Shown one piece after another: positions 62,762 to 64,000 of a stretch of 64,000 nucleotides of DNA. Both the position numbers and the translations under genes were made by a program. This stretch comes from the human T2T-CHM13v2.0 reference genome, Homo sapiens, in NCBI RefSeq assembly GCF_009914755.1, contig NC_060933.1; one strand, written 5' to 3'. How positions within the stretch are numbered: position 1 is the first letter of the stretch; every line of letters begins with the position of its first letter. The notes below the pieces were generated by a model. It made no database searches. It saw only the letters and a program-made list of their open reading frames with translations, and was not told the origin of the DNA.

Positions 62762-63208
62762 TGTTATATGTAAAGTTTCAGTGCCGCAAAAGAAATAGCA
62801 CTCAAATATAAAATTTTCTTTTTGATTCTCAGGAAGGCAATGTACTTCTATAGAAGGGTGCAACCTTACAGATGGAGCAATGGTGAGCACACACTTGGAC
62901 AAGGGAGGGGAAAGAGTTCTTATCCCTGACTCATGTGGACCCTGCTGCTGTATCCTTCCCTTATTGGCTAGGGTTAGACCACACAGGCTAAACTAATTCC
63001 AATTGGCTAATTTAAAGAGAGTGATGGGGTGAGTGGTTTGGCGGGAAAAATGGCTATGACAGAGCAGGTAATTGGAATGAGTCAGGGTGGAGTAAGTAAT
63101 CGAAAAAGGTTGCTTTATGAGGAAGTTAAGTTTAAAAGTAGAAGGCAAAGAATTGAACATACTGGCATATTGATTATTTGAAAAGAAATTTAGAACTTAT
63201 ATCTAACA
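62762..63208 (-). mobile_element. 5' LTR (LTR10F-like)
   Basis: Reads TGTTAGATATAAG...ATATAACA on the minus strand; about 31 substitutions versus the 3' LTR by manual count; AP-1 sites at 63078-63084 and 62927-62933. Confidence 0.9.
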
Positions 63209-63750
63209 GTGAGACTCCTGTCTCTACAAAAAAAAATTATAAAATTAGCCAGATGTGGCATGTGCCTGTGGTCCCAGCTATTCTGGAGGCTAAACTGGGA
63301 GGATTGCTTGAGCCCTCCCACCTCAGGAGTTCAAGGCTGAAATGGGCTATGATCATGCCACTGCACTCAGACCTCGGCAACAGAGTGAGACTCGTATCAG
63401 AAAGAGAAGATAAGAGAAGAAAAGAAAAGGAAAGAAAAGAAGAAAAGAAAAGCTTATAATCCTGGCTGGGCACAGTCATGGCTCACATCTGTAATCTCAG
63501 CACTTTGAGAGGTGGAAGCAGGCAGGTCACTTGAGTCCAGGGGTTCTAGACCAGCCTGGGCAACATGGCGAAACCCCATAACTGCAAACAATACAAAAAT
63601 TAGCCAGGCATGGTGTCATGCACCTGTAGTCCCACTTTGGGTAGCTGAGGTAGGAGGATCACTTGAACCTGGGAAGTCAAGGCTGCAGTGAGCCTGATCA
63701 TGCCACTGAACTCCAGACTGGGTGACAGAGCGAGATCCTGTTTCAAAAAA
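63209..63750 (+). mobile_element. 3' part of the split Alu (63209-63450) and a following Alu (63465-63750)
   Basis: Alu sequence with purine-rich tails. Confidence 0.88.
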
Positions 63751-63769
63751 AAATACATAAAAATAAATT

Positions 63770-64000
63770 TATTTCTTTCCTTCCTTCCTTCTTTCCTTCC
63801 TTCCTTCCTTCCTGCTTCCTTCCTTCTTTCCTTTCTTTCCTTCCTTCCTTCCTTCTTTCTCTCTCTCTCTCTCTTTCTTTCTTTCCTTCTTTTTCTTTCT
63901 TTCTCTCGAGACAAAGTTTCACTCTTGTTGCCCAGGCTGGAGTGCAATGGCACAATCTCACCCACTGCAGCCTCTGCCTCCCAGGTTCAAGTGTTTCTCC
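63770..64000 (-). repeat. (TTCC)n/(TC)n/(TTTC)n tract forming the tail of a minus-strand Alu (from ~63907, truncated by the window edge)
   Basis: Simple repeat followed by GAGACAAAGTTTCACTCTTGTTGCCCAGGCTGG. Confidence 0.88.

Larger units (their letters stand above)
55970..63208 (-). mobile_element. Degenerate class I ERV provirus, HERV-IP10F/IP10FH type with LTR10F-like LTRs
   Basis: Two 447-bp TG...CA LTRs, 4-bp TSD GTGA, tRNA-Pro PBS, PPT, and gag/pro/pol/env remnants in the expected order. Confidence 0.92.

Noticed and set aside
63600-63965. Highly charged KERK-rich ORFs
   Set aside because: Translation of the (TTCC)n/(TC)n simple repeat between two Alus.

Overview
This is primate (almost certainly human) genomic DNA. 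Positions 1 to ~49.7 kb hold the minus-strand gene TUT7 (ZCCHC6/TENT3B, terminal uridylyltransferase 7). I mapped a non-coding exon 1 in a CpG island and 23 coding exons (exons 2-24 as numbered here) by GT/AG boundaries and reading-frame continuity. They give 3978 nt, or 1326 codons, and the C-terminal exons lie off the left edge. The introns carry many Alus, a full-length antisense SVA with a 15-bp TSD, L1, L2, MIR and MER fragments, and a TSD-flanked, polyadenylated retrocopy of a cellular 3' UTR. Upstream of the promoter lie a modular AT-rich minisatellite, nested ERV LTRs, and a 7.2-kb degenerate HERV-IP10F/LTR10F-type provirus (55970-63208) inserted into an Alu in the same orientation as TUT7. 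I found no convincing new biological system. The best leads are the retrocopy and repeated hits at one target site, the AP-1-bearing LTR10 provirus next to a retrotransposon-restricting gene, the antisense SVA, a candidate poison exon, and exon-level traces of the internal duplication that built TUT7. Repeat subfamily names come from recognition rather than a database search, and most repeat boundaries are approximate.
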